This document shows positions 48,847 through 59,900 of a stretch of 64,000 nt of DNA, one piece after another. How positions within the stretch are numbered: position 1 is the first letter of the stretch; every line of letters starts with the position of its first letter. A program made the translations under genes and the position numbers. Under the pieces are notes generated by a model. The model was not told where the DNA came from and searched no databases. It worked only from the letters and a program-made list of their open reading frames with translations. Origin of the DNA: Candidatus Krumholzibacteriia bacterium. Lineage in GTDB: Bacteria; Krumholzibacteriota; Krumholzibacteriia; Krumholzibacteriales; Krumholzibacteriaceae. Where the stretch lies: contig CAWIIQ010000003.1 of assembly GCA_963836185.1 (NCBI GenBank), positions 504,782-568,781 of the forward strand, in the 5' to 3' direction.

Positions 48847-50565
48847 ATGAAAAAACACAAGGGTATCTCACTGGTGCTTTCCGGTGAGGCGGGGCGCGGC
48901 CTTAATACTATAGAAAAGATTCTGGTCAGTACCTTAAAGCTCTCCGGGTTCCACATCTTTGCCGCAAAAGAATATATGTCCCGTGTAAGAGGTGGCAACA
49001 ACACGATCGAGATCAGGGTATCCTCCTCGCCGGTCGAGGCGTTTGTCGACCGTATAGATATATTGATCCCCCTGAATCCGGGGGCAATCGATCGAATGGA
49101 CTATCGGCTCGGCAAACAGACTCTCATCCTCGGGGAGTCAGCAAATATCGAAGATGAATACCGCGAAAAGCACAAGACCCTGGAAGCTCCTTTCTCGGCG
49201 ATTGCCGAGAAAGCGGGGGACTCTATCTACGCGAACAGCGTTGCCGCTGGCGTGATCGCCGGGATGCTGGGAGCCGATCCCGAGGCGTTGGTTTTGCAGA
49301 TAGACAAACACTTCGGGAAAAAAGATAAGGAAGTAATCGAGGGTAACCGTGAAGCTGCCCGCGAGGGGTTTTCCACGGGGACAGGTCTTCTGAAGGAGGC
49401 GAAGCTCTCCTTCGTGCTGGAACCGGATGAGAAAGTCATGACGGATATCGTTCTCAGCGGCGGGGATGCGGTCTCCCTCGGCGCTATAGCCGGAGGATGC
49501 AATTTCATCTCTTCATATCCGATGTCCCCGTCCACATCGGTCCTCGTATTTCTTGCCCAGCACGCGGATGAATTCAACCTTGTGGCCGAACAGGCAGAGG
49601 ATGAGATAAGCGCGATAAACATGGCCCTGGGAGCCTGGTATGCGGGGGCGAGGGCTATGGTCACCACCTCCGGGGGAGGATTCGCTCTGATGGTCGAGGG
49701 CCTGAGCCTGGCAGGAATGATCGAGTCGCCAGTCGTCATCCACCTTGCCCAGCGGCCCGGGCCGGCAACGGGACTTCCTACCAGGACCGAGCAGGGCGAC
49801 CTGCTTTTTGCCCTTACTGCGGGGCACGGCGAGTTCCCCAGGATCATCCTCGCTCCCGGGAGTATCGAGGAAGCATTCTATCTCAGCCAGGAAGCGTTCA
49901 ATCTCGCCGACAGGTTCCAGGCCCCGGTCTTCATACTGACCGATCAATACCTGATAGATTCCTATCGCAATATAGCGGACCTCGATCCGGGCGGCATCAA
50001 GGTGGAGAAGGCGTTCGTCGAGACCGGGCCGGAGTACAAGAGGTATGAGATCACAGGCGACGGGATCTCACCTCGCGGCGTGCCCGGGTTCGGCAAGGGT
50101 CTCGTCTGCGTCGACTCCGACGAGCATGACGCCGAAGGCCGTATCGTGGAGGACGGTGAGACCCGCGTAAGCATGGTCGACAAGAGATTGAAAAAGCTGG
50201 AGAAGATCAGGGAAGCGGCCATGGAGCCGGTGTTGACAGGAGGTGACAGATACAAAACCCTCGTAGTCGGGTGGGGCTCGACATTCCCTGTCATAAAAGA
50301 GGCTCTGTCCGGTGCGGATATGGCTGATACGTCCTTTCTGCACTTCAATCAGGTCTATCCGGTTCATCCCCGCACTAAAGAGTATCTCGAAAAAGCGGAA
50401 AAGATCATCGTCGTCGAGAACAACGCTACATCCCAGTTCGGATCGCTGCTGAAGCTCGAGACGGGCATCCAGCCGCATGCGACCATTCTTAAATACGACG
50501 GGCATCCATTCAGCGTCGAGGAACTCGCGCGGCGCCTTGAATCGAATACCGGGGCGAAGGATTGA
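48847..50565 (+). CDS. 2-oxoacid:acceptor oxidoreductase alpha subunit (gamma-alpha fusion)
   Basis: GEAGRG, YPMSPST, QAEDEI, TTSGGGFALM, RPGPATGLPT. Confidence 0.94.
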   Translation: MKKHKGISLVLSGEAGRGLNTIEKILVSTLKLSGFHIFAAKEYMSRVRGGNNTIEIRVSSSPVEAFVDRIDILIPLNPGAIDRMDYRLGKQTLILGESANIEDEYREKHKTLEAPFSAIAEKAGDSIYANSVAAGVIAGMLGADPEALVLQIDKHFGKKDKEVIEGNREAAREGFSTGTGLLKEAKLSFVLEPDEKVMTDIVLSGGDAVSLGAIAGGCNFISSYPMSPSTSVLVFLAQHADEFNLVAEQAEDEISAINMALGAWYAGARAMVTTSGGGFALMVEGLSLAGMIESPVVIHLAQRPGPATGLPTRTEQGDLLFALTAGHGEFPRIILAPGSIEEAFYLSQEAFNLADRFQAPVFILTDQYLIDSYRNIADLDPGGIKVEKAFVETGPEYKRYEITGDGISPRGVPGFGKGLVCVDSDEHDAEGRIVEDGETRVSMVDKRLKKLEKIREAAMEPVLTGGDRYKTLVVGWGSTFPVIKEALSGADMADTSFLHFNQVYPVHPRTKEYLEKAEKIIVVENNATSQFGSLLKLETGIQPHATILKYDGHPFSVEELARRLESNTGAKD

Positions 50566-50589
50566 CCATCTGTCAGTCAGGAGATCACA

Positions 50590-51450
50590 ATGAAACCGCA
50601 GGAATACGATCTTGAAAGCGACGAGACGGCGTGGTGCCCGGGGTGCGGGAACTTCGGCATAAGAAAAATACTCAAACAGGCGCTTGCCGAACTGGAGATA
50701 AGTCCACGGGACCTCGTGATGGTCTCGGGGATAGGGCAGGCCGCGAAGATCCCCCAGTATATCAGGTGCAATTATTTCAACGGGCTTCACGGACGGTCCC
50801 TGCCCGCGGCCACGGCCGTCAAGATCGCAAATACGGGGCTGACCGTGATCGCCGAGAGCGGAGACGGGTGCACGTATGGTGAGGGAGGCAACCATTTTGT
50901 TCATGCCATCCGAAGAGGTGTCGACATAGCGCATATAGTGCATAACAATATGGTCTACGGCCTGACGAAGGGTCAGGCGTCACCTACCAGCCAGGCCGGA
51001 TTCAGGACGCCGGTGCAGGTGAAAGGCGTCGTGCAGGAGCCGTTCAATCCACTCGCTGTAGCTATCTCACTGGGCGCCACATTTGTCGCGAGGGCCTACT
51101 GCAAGCATGTCGACCAGACGAAGGAAATGATCAAAAGGGCGATCACGCACAAGGGGTACGCACTCGTCGACATCTTCCAGCCCTGCGTGAGCTTCAACAA
51201 GGTAAATACCTATCAATGGTTCGAGGACAACACCGCCTACCTCGAGGATGGTTACGCCACCGACAGTCGCGAGAGCGCCTTTGCCAGAGCCATAGGTGAC
51301 GGGAAACTTCTCCTGGGGGTATTCTACGAGCGTGAGATAGAGGAGAGTTTCGAACATAAGGTCCGGCCGGCCGGGTCCATGACACCGCTCTACGAGCATG
51401 AAGTCGAGGGGGACGCGTTCCGGGCCCTCGTGGAATCCATGCGGCGCTGA
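50590..51450 (+). CDS. 2-oxoacid:acceptor oxidoreductase beta subunit (TPP-binding)
   Basis: WCPGCG, HGR, GDG...NN.VYGLTKGQ.SPT. Confidence 0.95.
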   Translation: MKPQEYDLESDETAWCPGCGNFGIRKILKQALAELEISPRDLVMVSGIGQAAKIPQYIRCNYFNGLHGRSLPAATAVKIANTGLTVIAESGDGCTYGEGGNHFVHAIRRGVDIAHIVHNNMVYGLTKGQASPTSQAGFRTPVQVKGVVQEPFNPLAVAISLGATFVARAYCKHVDQTKEMIKRAITHKGYALVDIFQPCVSFNKVNTYQWFEDNTAYLEDGYATDSRESAFARAIGDGKLLLGVFYEREIEESFEHKVRPAGSMTPLYEHEVEGDAFRALVESMRR

Positions 51451-51468
51451 AGGAACAGGCTCCTCATA

Positions 51469-53292
51469 TTAATCCGGACTGCGCAGCAGGTAACCCTCGC
51501 TGCCCCCGATCCAGACCTGGTCGATGCCGGCGCTTTCGACCGACAGGAAGTCGACTCCGGGCAGATGGGTCAACAATTGGGTCCACGCAGTACCGTCGAA
51601 ATGGAATGTTGTTGCCTCATCACCGACTACCCAGATGTCGTCAACGTCGCCATACCACACGGAATTAAAACGATCGTCCCAGGTAATTTCAGCGGGGACC
51701 CAGCTGCCTCCGTCGTTTTCCAGGACAGTGCCGCCTTCCCCGACAATGATCGGACCGTCGACCGCGAGCAGGTCGGCTGAGGTGCCGCTGGATTCGCTGG
51801 TCCAACCCTCTGTTCCACGGCGGAGGATCAGCCCGGAATCACCAACGGCGACCAGGTCGTCCACGGCAGTGCCGGAGAGGCCGTTCAAGGCCAGGAATTC
51901 GGAGTGGGCATAATCCATGTCCCAGATATCGTCGTGGTACCACCAGATCGTGGCCGCGTCATCGGTTACGAAGACGTTGTCACCAGCAGCATCGCACCAG
52001 ATAGAGTTGAATCCATCGAGGGAAGCGTGCTTGAGAATTTCCCAGTCCACACCATCATAAAAAAGGACGAAGTGGTCGACGCCGTCGGCCATTACCCCGA
52101 TGGCCCAGATGTGGGTGGGGTCGATTACGTGGATGTCTTCAAGCTGGTATCCCGTTTCCCAGACCGCTAACTCAGACCAATCGTCACCCTCGAACAGCAT
52201 CACCCTGTTGCCGTTGGTGGCGAAGACCGACTCGCCGGCGTGATGGTGCAATGCTGGCCAGGGACCTTCTGCATGGTGGTTCAGGTCCTCCCATCCCGTG
52301 GGGGAGTCCTTAAATATCTCTCCCCGTGACCCGCAGAGATTGATGATCCCATCGGTATCGAAGGTGGGGCTTATCGCGACGTCGGCAAGGTCGGCATCCC
52401 CGTCAACGAAGTCATCCCACCAGCCGGTACCGCCGACCTCTTTATGCAGGATCAGGCCGTTGTCGCCGACCACGATAGGAGAGTGGTCATCGTAGAAGGC
52501 AATGTCGTTCAGGGTGCCGACGGCAAAGTCGTAATCCAGGCTCCATGTGCCATCTTGAAACAACCAGATTTCGTCATCACCCAGGGCATAGATTATAGTC
52601 GGCCCCCCGGAAGTATTATATATGATCCCAAGTCTCGTGAAGTCCGGCCCGTCCTCGATCGATTCATCAAGGAAATCACTGTCGTCATCGTACCTGTGAA
52701 ATATCGAGCCATTGTTACCTGCAGCCACGACAAAACGGTCTAACGAATTTACACGAATGATGGCGTTGAATCCGACTCCCTCGGGCGCTTGAAACACGGG
52801 TTCGAGATCTTCCCCGCTGAGGGCCAGGATCTCACCGGCGTCCGAACAGACGAACCCGTCGTCTACATCCGTCAGGTTGCCTGCCGCGGAGTTGGAAATG
52901 GTGTGCAGACCGTCTTCGCGGATCACCCTCATGGTGCCCCTGACGCCATCATGCGCGCCACAGAATTGGATACTGTTTTGGGTCTTATAGTCAACCGACA
53001 GGATATCAAACCGGGTATCCAGGAATATCGGTGTCGAAAAATTGTCGTTCGGGTATAACAAAGCTCGGCCGCTGCGGCCCACGGTAAGAAGAGCTTTTTC
53101 TGCGTCTATTGCGGAGGGCCAGGTGATGACGGCGTCGGTAATTTCAAGACTGTTTCGGTGGACTTCAAATGCCATGTACTCGGCGCCTTCCGGCGGTTCA
53201 CCCGGGAGAGCAATGGAGTCACCAGTATCACAGCCCCAAAGTGCCAACAAGATTAAACATGAAAGTACAAGTAATCCGATAAGGCACCGCAT
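51469..53292 (-). CDS. Acidic beta-propeller lipoprotein
   Basis: Lipobox LWGC; repeated VG..G.I....G..W blades. Confidence 0.75.
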   Translation of the reverse strand: MRCLIGLLVLSCLILLALWGCDTGDSIALPGEPPEGAEYMAFEVHRNSLEITDAVITWPSAIDAEKALLTVGRSGRALLYPNDNFSTPIFLDTRFDILSVDYKTQNSIQFCGAHDGVRGTMRVIREDGLHTISNSAAGNLTDVDDGFVCSDAGEILALSGEDLEPVFQAPEGVGFNAIIRVNSLDRFVVAAGNNGSIFHRYDDDSDFLDESIEDGPDFTRLGIIYNTSGGPTIIYALGDDEIWLFQDGTWSLDYDFAVGTLNDIAFYDDHSPIVVGDNGLILHKEVGGTGWWDDFVDGDADLADVAISPTFDTDGIINLCGSRGEIFKDSPTGWEDLNHHAEGPWPALHHHAGESVFATNGNRVMLFEGDDWSELAVWETGYQLEDIHVIDPTHIWAIGVMADGVDHFVLFYDGVDWEILKHASLDGFNSIWCDAAGDNVFVTDDAATIWWYHDDIWDMDYAHSEFLALNGLSGTAVDDLVAVGDSGLILRRGTEGWTSESSGTSADLLAVDGPIIVGEGGTVLENDGGSWVPAEITWDDRFNSVWYGDVDDIWVVGDEATTFHFDGTAWTQLLTHLPGVDFLSVESAGIDQVWIGGSEGYLLRSPD

Positions 53293-53455
53293 GATTTCCC
53301 CTCTACTGTTTGGATTTGAATTCATTTATCCCTGCCTGGATTGTCACATTTTATATAAGCATCGTCAACACCGCTTCGAGTAAAATATTCGACGGAAACA
53401 GACATTAAACAGATAATCCGAAAAACGCTCTTTTTAACAGGAAGGGGCTTTTACC

Positions 53456-54640
53456 ATGAACAGGTATTCGCGCAGAGAATTCCTCGAGATCTCAGTTGCC
53501 GCAGCGGCGGGAGCCGCAGTGCTGCCCCTGGTGGGCTGCGGCTCTTCCTCCGAGTACGAGGGTGTGGTGGGAGTGCCCGAAGGAGGTTACCCTCTCATTG
53601 AAGCGTCCGGTTCGCACTACGAGATCGGCATGCAGATCGGCACGGCGATGAAGAAAAGAATCACTGGTCACCTACGCTATACCGATGATTACAGGAACAG
53701 CGTCGACTATCTCGAGGGGGAGGGGAAAGATGTTCTCGAGAGGATGCTCTCTCACGCAAGGGCTTCCTTCCCGCACCTCGTGGAAGAACTCGAGGGGATG
53801 GCGGAATCGCTCGAGATCCCTTTCATGAGTCTCTTCGCATTCAACTGCAGGTCCGAGATCAGGATGCTGCAGGATCCGCCGGGCTGTTCGACTATCGCCA
53901 TCAAGGACGGGGACCGGGCGATACTCGTCCACAACGAAGACGGCAACGATCTCAATATCGGCAGGATGTTCCTCGCCAGGATCACGCCTCCGAGCGGCAC
54001 GGTCTTCCTCGCGTTCATCTATCCGGGCCTTCTCCCGGGCAATGGCCCCGGGCTGAACCAGAGCGGTATTGTGCAGACGACGAATTATATCCAGCCACGA
54101 AAGGTTGCCGACGGGACCCCGCGGTATTTCATAAGCAGGGCCATATTCGAGGCGAAGAGTCTCGAAGAGGCAGTCTCGCTGGCGACCATGGAACCGAGGG
54201 CCTTTCCTTTCCATCACAACCTGGTCTCCCTCGGCGAGCGGCGTATCCTCTCGGTCGAGACAGCCGCCTGGCCGGATCACAGACATGACATCATGGAGGT
54301 CGAAGGATTCTACGTCCATACCAACCACTTCCTTCATCCCGCGATGGTCGAGGGCGGAGAAATGGGAACGCGACCGTTCGACGTTCCCTACATCTCGTCG
54401 ACGACCAGGATGGAAGTGCTCAGTCGGACGATTAGAAACGGCGGAGAGCCTTCTGACATCGAAGGGATACTCGGACTCCTGTCGCTCCATGAAGGAAGGC
54501 CCTACAGCCCCTGCCGACACCCGGAAGGAGAAGTGCACGGCGTGACGCTCGGGACCGCTGTCTTCCAGTCGCCCGAAAAGAGCATGACTCTTTTTCATGG
54601 AAATCCGTGCCTGAGGTTCGGGAGAGAATACGATCTCTGA
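53456..54640 (+). CDS. Tat-exported C45-family (Ntn) peptidase/acyltransferase, probable lipoprotein
   Basis: SRREFL, LVGC, GCST nucleophile, HNED, HTNHF. Confidence 0.88.
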   Translation: MNRYSRREFLEISVAAAAGAAVLPLVGCGSSSEYEGVVGVPEGGYPLIEASGSHYEIGMQIGTAMKKRITGHLRYTDDYRNSVDYLEGEGKDVLERMLSHARASFPHLVEELEGMAESLEIPFMSLFAFNCRSEIRMLQDPPGCSTIAIKDGDRAILVHNEDGNDLNIGRMFLARITPPSGTVFLAFIYPGLLPGNGPGLNQSGIVQTTNYIQPRKVADGTPRYFISRAIFEAKSLEEAVSLATMEPRAFPFHHNLVSLGERRILSVETAAWPDHRHDIMEVEGFYVHTNHFLHPAMVEGGEMGTRPFDVPYISSTTRMEVLSRTIRNGGEPSDIEGILGLLSLHEGRPYSPCRHPEGEVHGVTLGTAVFQSPEKSMTLFHGNPCLRFGREYDL

Positions 54641-54795
54641 ACGAGAGTCAGGGCAGTATCTGTCCCATGCGCAAGACGACATGCCCGATGCTGAGGGATT
54701 AATCCTTCTGAAGCAACAGTATAGGATTGAAGGAGCATGCGGATTCGTGCAATCCTTTCCGCATGGCAGGCACAATAGGGACAGAACTGAACGAG

Positions 54796-55392
54796 ATGAA
54801 GGAGTTCCTGCGACGCAATGCGATGCCGGCGGGGGTGATTTCGCTGTCGACGCTGTTTCTCATACTCAACCGGCAGTACAGGTTCGAAGGGGATCTACTC
54901 AACCAGCTGTTGTTTTACCTGGGACTCCCCTTATTTTCAATCCTCGTATTTCTCAGAAAAAACCCGCTCGATTTTGGCCTGCGCCCTGGAAAATGGAGGA
55001 TATGGCTGATTCATGTCGCAGCCGCGTGCGTTGTCTGCGCTTTGCTCGTTTTCATCGGCGCGCGTATTCCGTCGATCCGCAAGTTCTACGGCGGTGCGAG
55101 TGACAGCCTCGCTTTGTACGCGGGCAAGCGGGTAATCAGGATATTTGCTCTCGAGTTCATGTTTCGTGGATTCATCCTCTTCGGTCTCAAAGAGAAGTAC
55201 GGTGACGGTGCGATCTTCATCCAGATGATGCCGTTCGCCATCCTCCACATCGGAAAGCCGGTGGTCGAGACCGTCGGGTGTATATTCTCGGGGACCTACT
55301 TCGGATACATCGCTTTAAGGACCGGCTCTATCTGGCCGGTCTTTCTTATACACTTTTTAGTCAATATCGCGATGGTCTGGGCAGTCACGTAA
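54796..55392 (+). CDS. CPBP/CAAX-family intramembrane protease
   Basis: LEFMFRG, FAILH, LIH motifs; multiple TMs. Confidence 0.85.
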   Translation: MKEFLRRNAMPAGVISLSTLFLILNRQYRFEGDLLNQLLFYLGLPLFSILVFLRKNPLDFGLRPGKWRIWLIHVAAACVVCALLVFIGARIPSIRKFYGGASDSLALYAGKRVIRIFALEFMFRGFILFGLKEKYGDGAIFIQMMPFAILHIGKPVVETVGCIFSGTYFGYIALRTGSIWPVFLIHFLVNIAMVWAVT

Positions 55393-55493
55393 GCTATAGT
55401 TGTCACTGCGGAGATGAGGCGCGTCATTTGTTTTTCGATCAAATCCGTTGATTTGCCTTCAATTTATCCTTCCCTGATCGCGGAAAGGAATAG

Positions 55494-56750
55494 ATGGATT
55501 ACGATCTCATAGTGATAGGTGGAGGAGCAGCCGGTATGCTCGCGGCCGGAAGGGCCGCGGAGAATGGACTAAAGGTCCTTCTCCTCGAGAGGAACGACCG
55601 TCTCGGGAAGAAACTTGGAATAACGGGGAAGGGAAGAGGCAATCTTACGAACAGCGCTGATACTGAGCGTTTCATCGAGAATTTCGGGAAAAAGGGAAAG
55701 TTTCTTTACGGGGCGCTAACGAGGTTTTCCAACGATGACCTTGTAAGATTCTTCGCCGGGATTGGCGTGGAGACGAAGGAGGAGAGAGGGGGAAGGATCT
55801 TCCCTGCGAGCGACAAGGCTTCCACTGTCGTAAAAGCGCTCGTAAAGTATGCCAGATCGAACGGAGTCGAGATCAGCGTTTCATCCAGAGTAGACAGGAT
55901 AGTTACAGAAAGGGAAAGCAGAGCCGTCGAGGGAGTGATCCTGAGGAATTCCGGGAAGGAGATCAATACCGGCAAGGTGATCCTTGCCACGGGCGGCAAG
56001 TCGTATCCAGCCACCGGCTCGACCGGCGACGGGTACACTATCGCCGCTGCCCTCGGTCACACGATAGTGGAGCCGAGACAGGGCCTGGTGCCTTTCGATA
56101 TAGAGGAGCGGTTCGTCAGGGACCTTCAGGGCCTTTCACTGGAAAATGTCGAGGTCACTGTTCTTACCGGCGGCAGGAAGACCGATTCCGGATTCGGAGA
56201 CATGCTCTTTACTCATTTCGGAGTCTCGGGCCCGGTCATCCTCACGATGAGCGGCCGGATAACTGACGATCTCGCTGCGGGGAAGACTATCGAACTCTCT
56301 ATCGATCTCAAACCGGCCCTGACCGGCGAGAAGCTCAACAGAAGGCTGATAAGGGAATTTGCAGCTTCGGGAACGAAGCAATTCAAAACTGTGATGAAAA
56401 ACCTCCTTCCCAACCGGATGATCCCCGTTTTCATTACGTTGAGCGAAATCATACCGGACAAGAAATGCGGCCAGATAACATCTGCCGAGAGGAGCCGCCT
56501 CGCTGCCCTCCTCAAGGATTTCAGGATTACCGTGAAACGCCCGAGGCCCTTTGAAGAAGCGATCATCACCCGCGGAGGGATAGAGCTGAAGGAGATCGAT
56601 CCAAGGACGATGAGGTCGAAGCTCGTAGATGGACTCTATTTCTGCGGCGAGGTGATCGACATCGACGGCAATACCGGCGGGTATAATCTGCAGGCGGCCT
56701 TCTCTACCGCCTGGCTTGCCGCCGAGGCATGCTCGAATCTGAAGTCATGA
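55494..56750 (+). CDS. HI0933/BaiN-family flavoprotein oxidoreductase
   Basis: GGGAAG, ATGG.SYP.TGSTGDG, LFTHFG.SGP, GGYNLQ. Confidence 0.93.
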   Translation: MDYDLIVIGGGAAGMLAAGRAAENGLKVLLLERNDRLGKKLGITGKGRGNLTNSADTERFIENFGKKGKFLYGALTRFSNDDLVRFFAGIGVETKEERGGRIFPASDKASTVVKALVKYARSNGVEISVSSRVDRIVTERESRAVEGVILRNSGKEINTGKVILATGGKSYPATGSTGDGYTIAAALGHTIVEPRQGLVPFDIEERFVRDLQGLSLENVEVTVLTGGRKTDSGFGDMLFTHFGVSGPVILTMSGRITDDLAAGKTIELSIDLKPALTGEKLNRRLIREFAASGTKQFKTVMKNLLPNRMIPVFITLSEIIPDKKCGQITSAERSRLAALLKDFRITVKRPRPFEEAIITRGGIELKEIDPRTMRSKLVDGLYFCGEVIDIDGNTGGYNLQAAFSTAWLAAEACSNLKS

Positions 56751-56947
56751 AACAAGTTGCTGCTGTATTTACGATTAAGTGTCAGGCGCATTGATATCAG
56801 CATCAGATTGTGTTAAAATGCCGTTCAGTATCAGTATTCAATATAGGGTGCCCCGCTGAAATACATATCTCATCGGAAGTATATTATCGCTATTCCTTTT
56901 GCCGGGTTGTGTTAATTGTCAGGCAATACTATATAGGGAGTGTAAAC

Positions 56948-59900
56948 ATGAGATGGATGGTTGTCATCGTTCTGCTGATCGTGCTTTTTCTGCCTGGCAC
57001 GGTTTCCGCCCAGCAGCAATTCGTTGATTATTCGCAGGTATCACGTCTTCGGTGGATGGGGCCCGAGCCGCCCGACACATACGCCGAATACCTTGCAACC
57101 CACCCTCCACGACCTCTTCAGATCGTTCCCGTGCGAATGGCGCCTTCGCGCATCCCTCAGGCTGCCGGTCCTCCGCGCGTACTGGTCATCGTGAACAGCA
57201 CACTCCTTCCGCTCATCCAGACGAAACTGGACCGATACATCTCCGACATCCAGGCAGCAGGCTATGTGGCAGATCTCTATAGCTCGACCTACGGTACGGC
57301 CGAGAGTCTCAAGGATTTTATTATCTCCCAGTCGACCGATCTGGTCGGCTGCGTGCTGTTCGGGGACCTGCCCTGCGCCTGGTTTGAGATCGAAAATGAC
57401 CACGACGAATATGGTTACGCATCTTTCCCTTGTGATCTTTTCCTGACCGATCTTGACGGTACCTGGAGCGATTTCGAGATCGCGGCCCCCATGCAGAGCG
57501 GGGTCTATGATACCCATACCGGCGGCCTGGGTGATACTGCCCCTGAGATCTTCCTGGGACGAATCGATGCCTCTCGGATGACAGGTGATGCCGAGGATAC
57601 TCAGATCAACGACTACCTGGACAAACTGCACGCGTGGTACTCATTGCAGCTGCCGATGACCAACTATGCACTCACTTATACCGAGGATGACTGGTCGAGC
57701 TTATCCTATTTCTGGACCGATATCGGCTATGCCTTTCCCGATAACGAAGCGATCAAGGCTCCCGATACAGACCGGGACGACTACAGCGACAACCGTTTGA
57801 CTTCACCGGTGTATCAATTCATCCAGCTCTCCTGTCATTCCAATGCCTTCCAGCATTATTTTACTCGTGGTGGAACCCTTAACGGCCCCGCGATCAAGGC
57901 GATTCCACCGAAGGCCCTTTTTTACAACCTTTTTTGCTGCAGTGCGATGCGTTACACCTCCAGCGATTTCCTCGGCGGGGCATATGTCTTCAATCCCAGT
58001 ACCACTGCCCTGGCCACGATAGGCAGCACCAAGACAGGCTCGATGCTGAACTTCTGGGCCTTCTATCAGCCTCTTGGAGAGGGGAAGACCCTGGGCCAGG
58101 CCTTCAACGACTGGTTCAATACGATTGCCCCTTATTCCTACTCAGAGATCTGCTGGCACTATGGGATGACTATCACAGGCGATCCCCTGGTCGTGCCAGT
58201 TGCCAGCGAGCCCTCAAACATCGTGCTGATCCAGCCGAATGGCGGTGAGGTACTCCTGGCCGGAGAGGAATATGAGATACGGTGGCTGACGCCGGGAGGG
58301 CCGCCGGACTCGATCAGCATCCTGCTGAGTTTAGACAGCGGCGAGACGTATCCCTTCACCGTAGCGAGCGGCCTGTCGGGTACCGACTCGACTTACGTAT
58401 GGACCATCGATGACCTTCCCGTATCGCTTTCCAGGATCAAGGTCGAAGCCTGGCACGGCGGTGTTGTCGACGACTATGACTTCTCAGATTCCGATTTCGT
58501 CATCCAGGGTGGTCCTTACAAGTACGTCTCGACGACCGGCGGCAATATATTTCCGTATTCTGCTCCCGCCTGGGCGGCCCTGTCGATACAGGACGCCCTC
58601 GATGCGGCATCTGACGGCGATACGATCATGATCGAGACCGGCACGTACAACGAGGCTGTGACCGTTCAGAGTCCCGTGTACATCCTGGGAGGATGGGACG
58701 TCGGCTTCACGAACCGCGATTCCGGTGTCTACCCCTCGACGATCAACTCGATCGGCAGCCCGGTATCGTTCATAATGGTCCCCGGCGATGGGAGCGGCAT
58801 CGAAGGGTGTAACATAACCGGGGGATCGGGAACGAGCTTGAATCTGCCCGTTTCCGGAATCTATGGGGGCGGAATATTAGCCTACGACGCTTCGCCTCTT
58901 ATCAAGGGCAACACCATAGATGCCTGCGGGTACGTCACCGTCACGCAGTACAGCGCGGGAGGCGGCATCTGCTGTTATCTCGGAGATGTCGAGATCATCG
59001 GCAACACGCTCACAGACTGCGTCGCTCAGAGCGGAGGCGGGATATACCTCTACCAGGTAACGGCGACGTTGACAGGCAACACTGTCACCGGATCGCAGCC
59101 GAACGCCGAGTTCACCGGCACTCGTTATGGCGGAGGGATCTGCTCTCGCAACTCGGAAGTGATTATGTCCGGGAACGTCATCACGTCAAATACCGGCTTC
59201 GTGTCCGGCGCCGGAATATACTCGTACTTCGGTTCTCTTTCCCTCGACGGAGATACGATCGCCTCAAACGAATGCTCGTCATCCGGAGGCGGGATCATGT
59301 CCGAAAGGACATCCCTGTCCGTAAGCCGCGGAGTGATCACGGAGAACACTGCGGGGACCGGCGCGGGCATAATGCACAAGGCCGCCGCGTTTGACATGGA
59401 CAATTCCCTGGTAGCGCTCAACACGGCATCCTTGATCAGCGGAGGCATTTCCGCCGACAGCTGCTGGGGCATATTCGAGAACAATACTATCGACGGCAAC
59501 AGCGGTCTCTACGTGGGCGGCAACCTGATGTTGAGCAATGCGCTGGGACTGACGATCAGAAACAACAACTTCACCGGAGGTTCTCCAAGCGGATTTCACG
59601 CGACGGCCGCGGAGAACATCACCTACACATACAACAATGCGTACGGCAATACGGGGGGCGATGTCATCGGGATAACCCCCGACGCAACGAACATGAGCAC
59701 CGACCCGCTCTACGTCGATCTGCCGGGAGCGGACTATCACCTCGGGCTGTTCTCTCCAGGGATAGATGCTGGTGATCCCGCCGGAGGTGATGATCCGGAC
59801 GGTTCCAGAGCAGACATAGGGATGTTCGGGGGGCCTGACGCCCTCTGGCTGCAGCCCGATTTTGTCCAGAACTGCGCCGCGACAGCCTCGAGTGATACCG

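Noticed and set aside
54796-55392. Abortive-infection defence gene
   Set aside because: The CPBP 'Abi' label reflects a protease family; no defence context here
56750-56947. AT-rich intergenic region with short repeated words (TTGTGTTAA, GTCAGGC, ATATAGGG)
   Set aside because: Short, irregularly ordered repeats compatible with an ordinary promoter region
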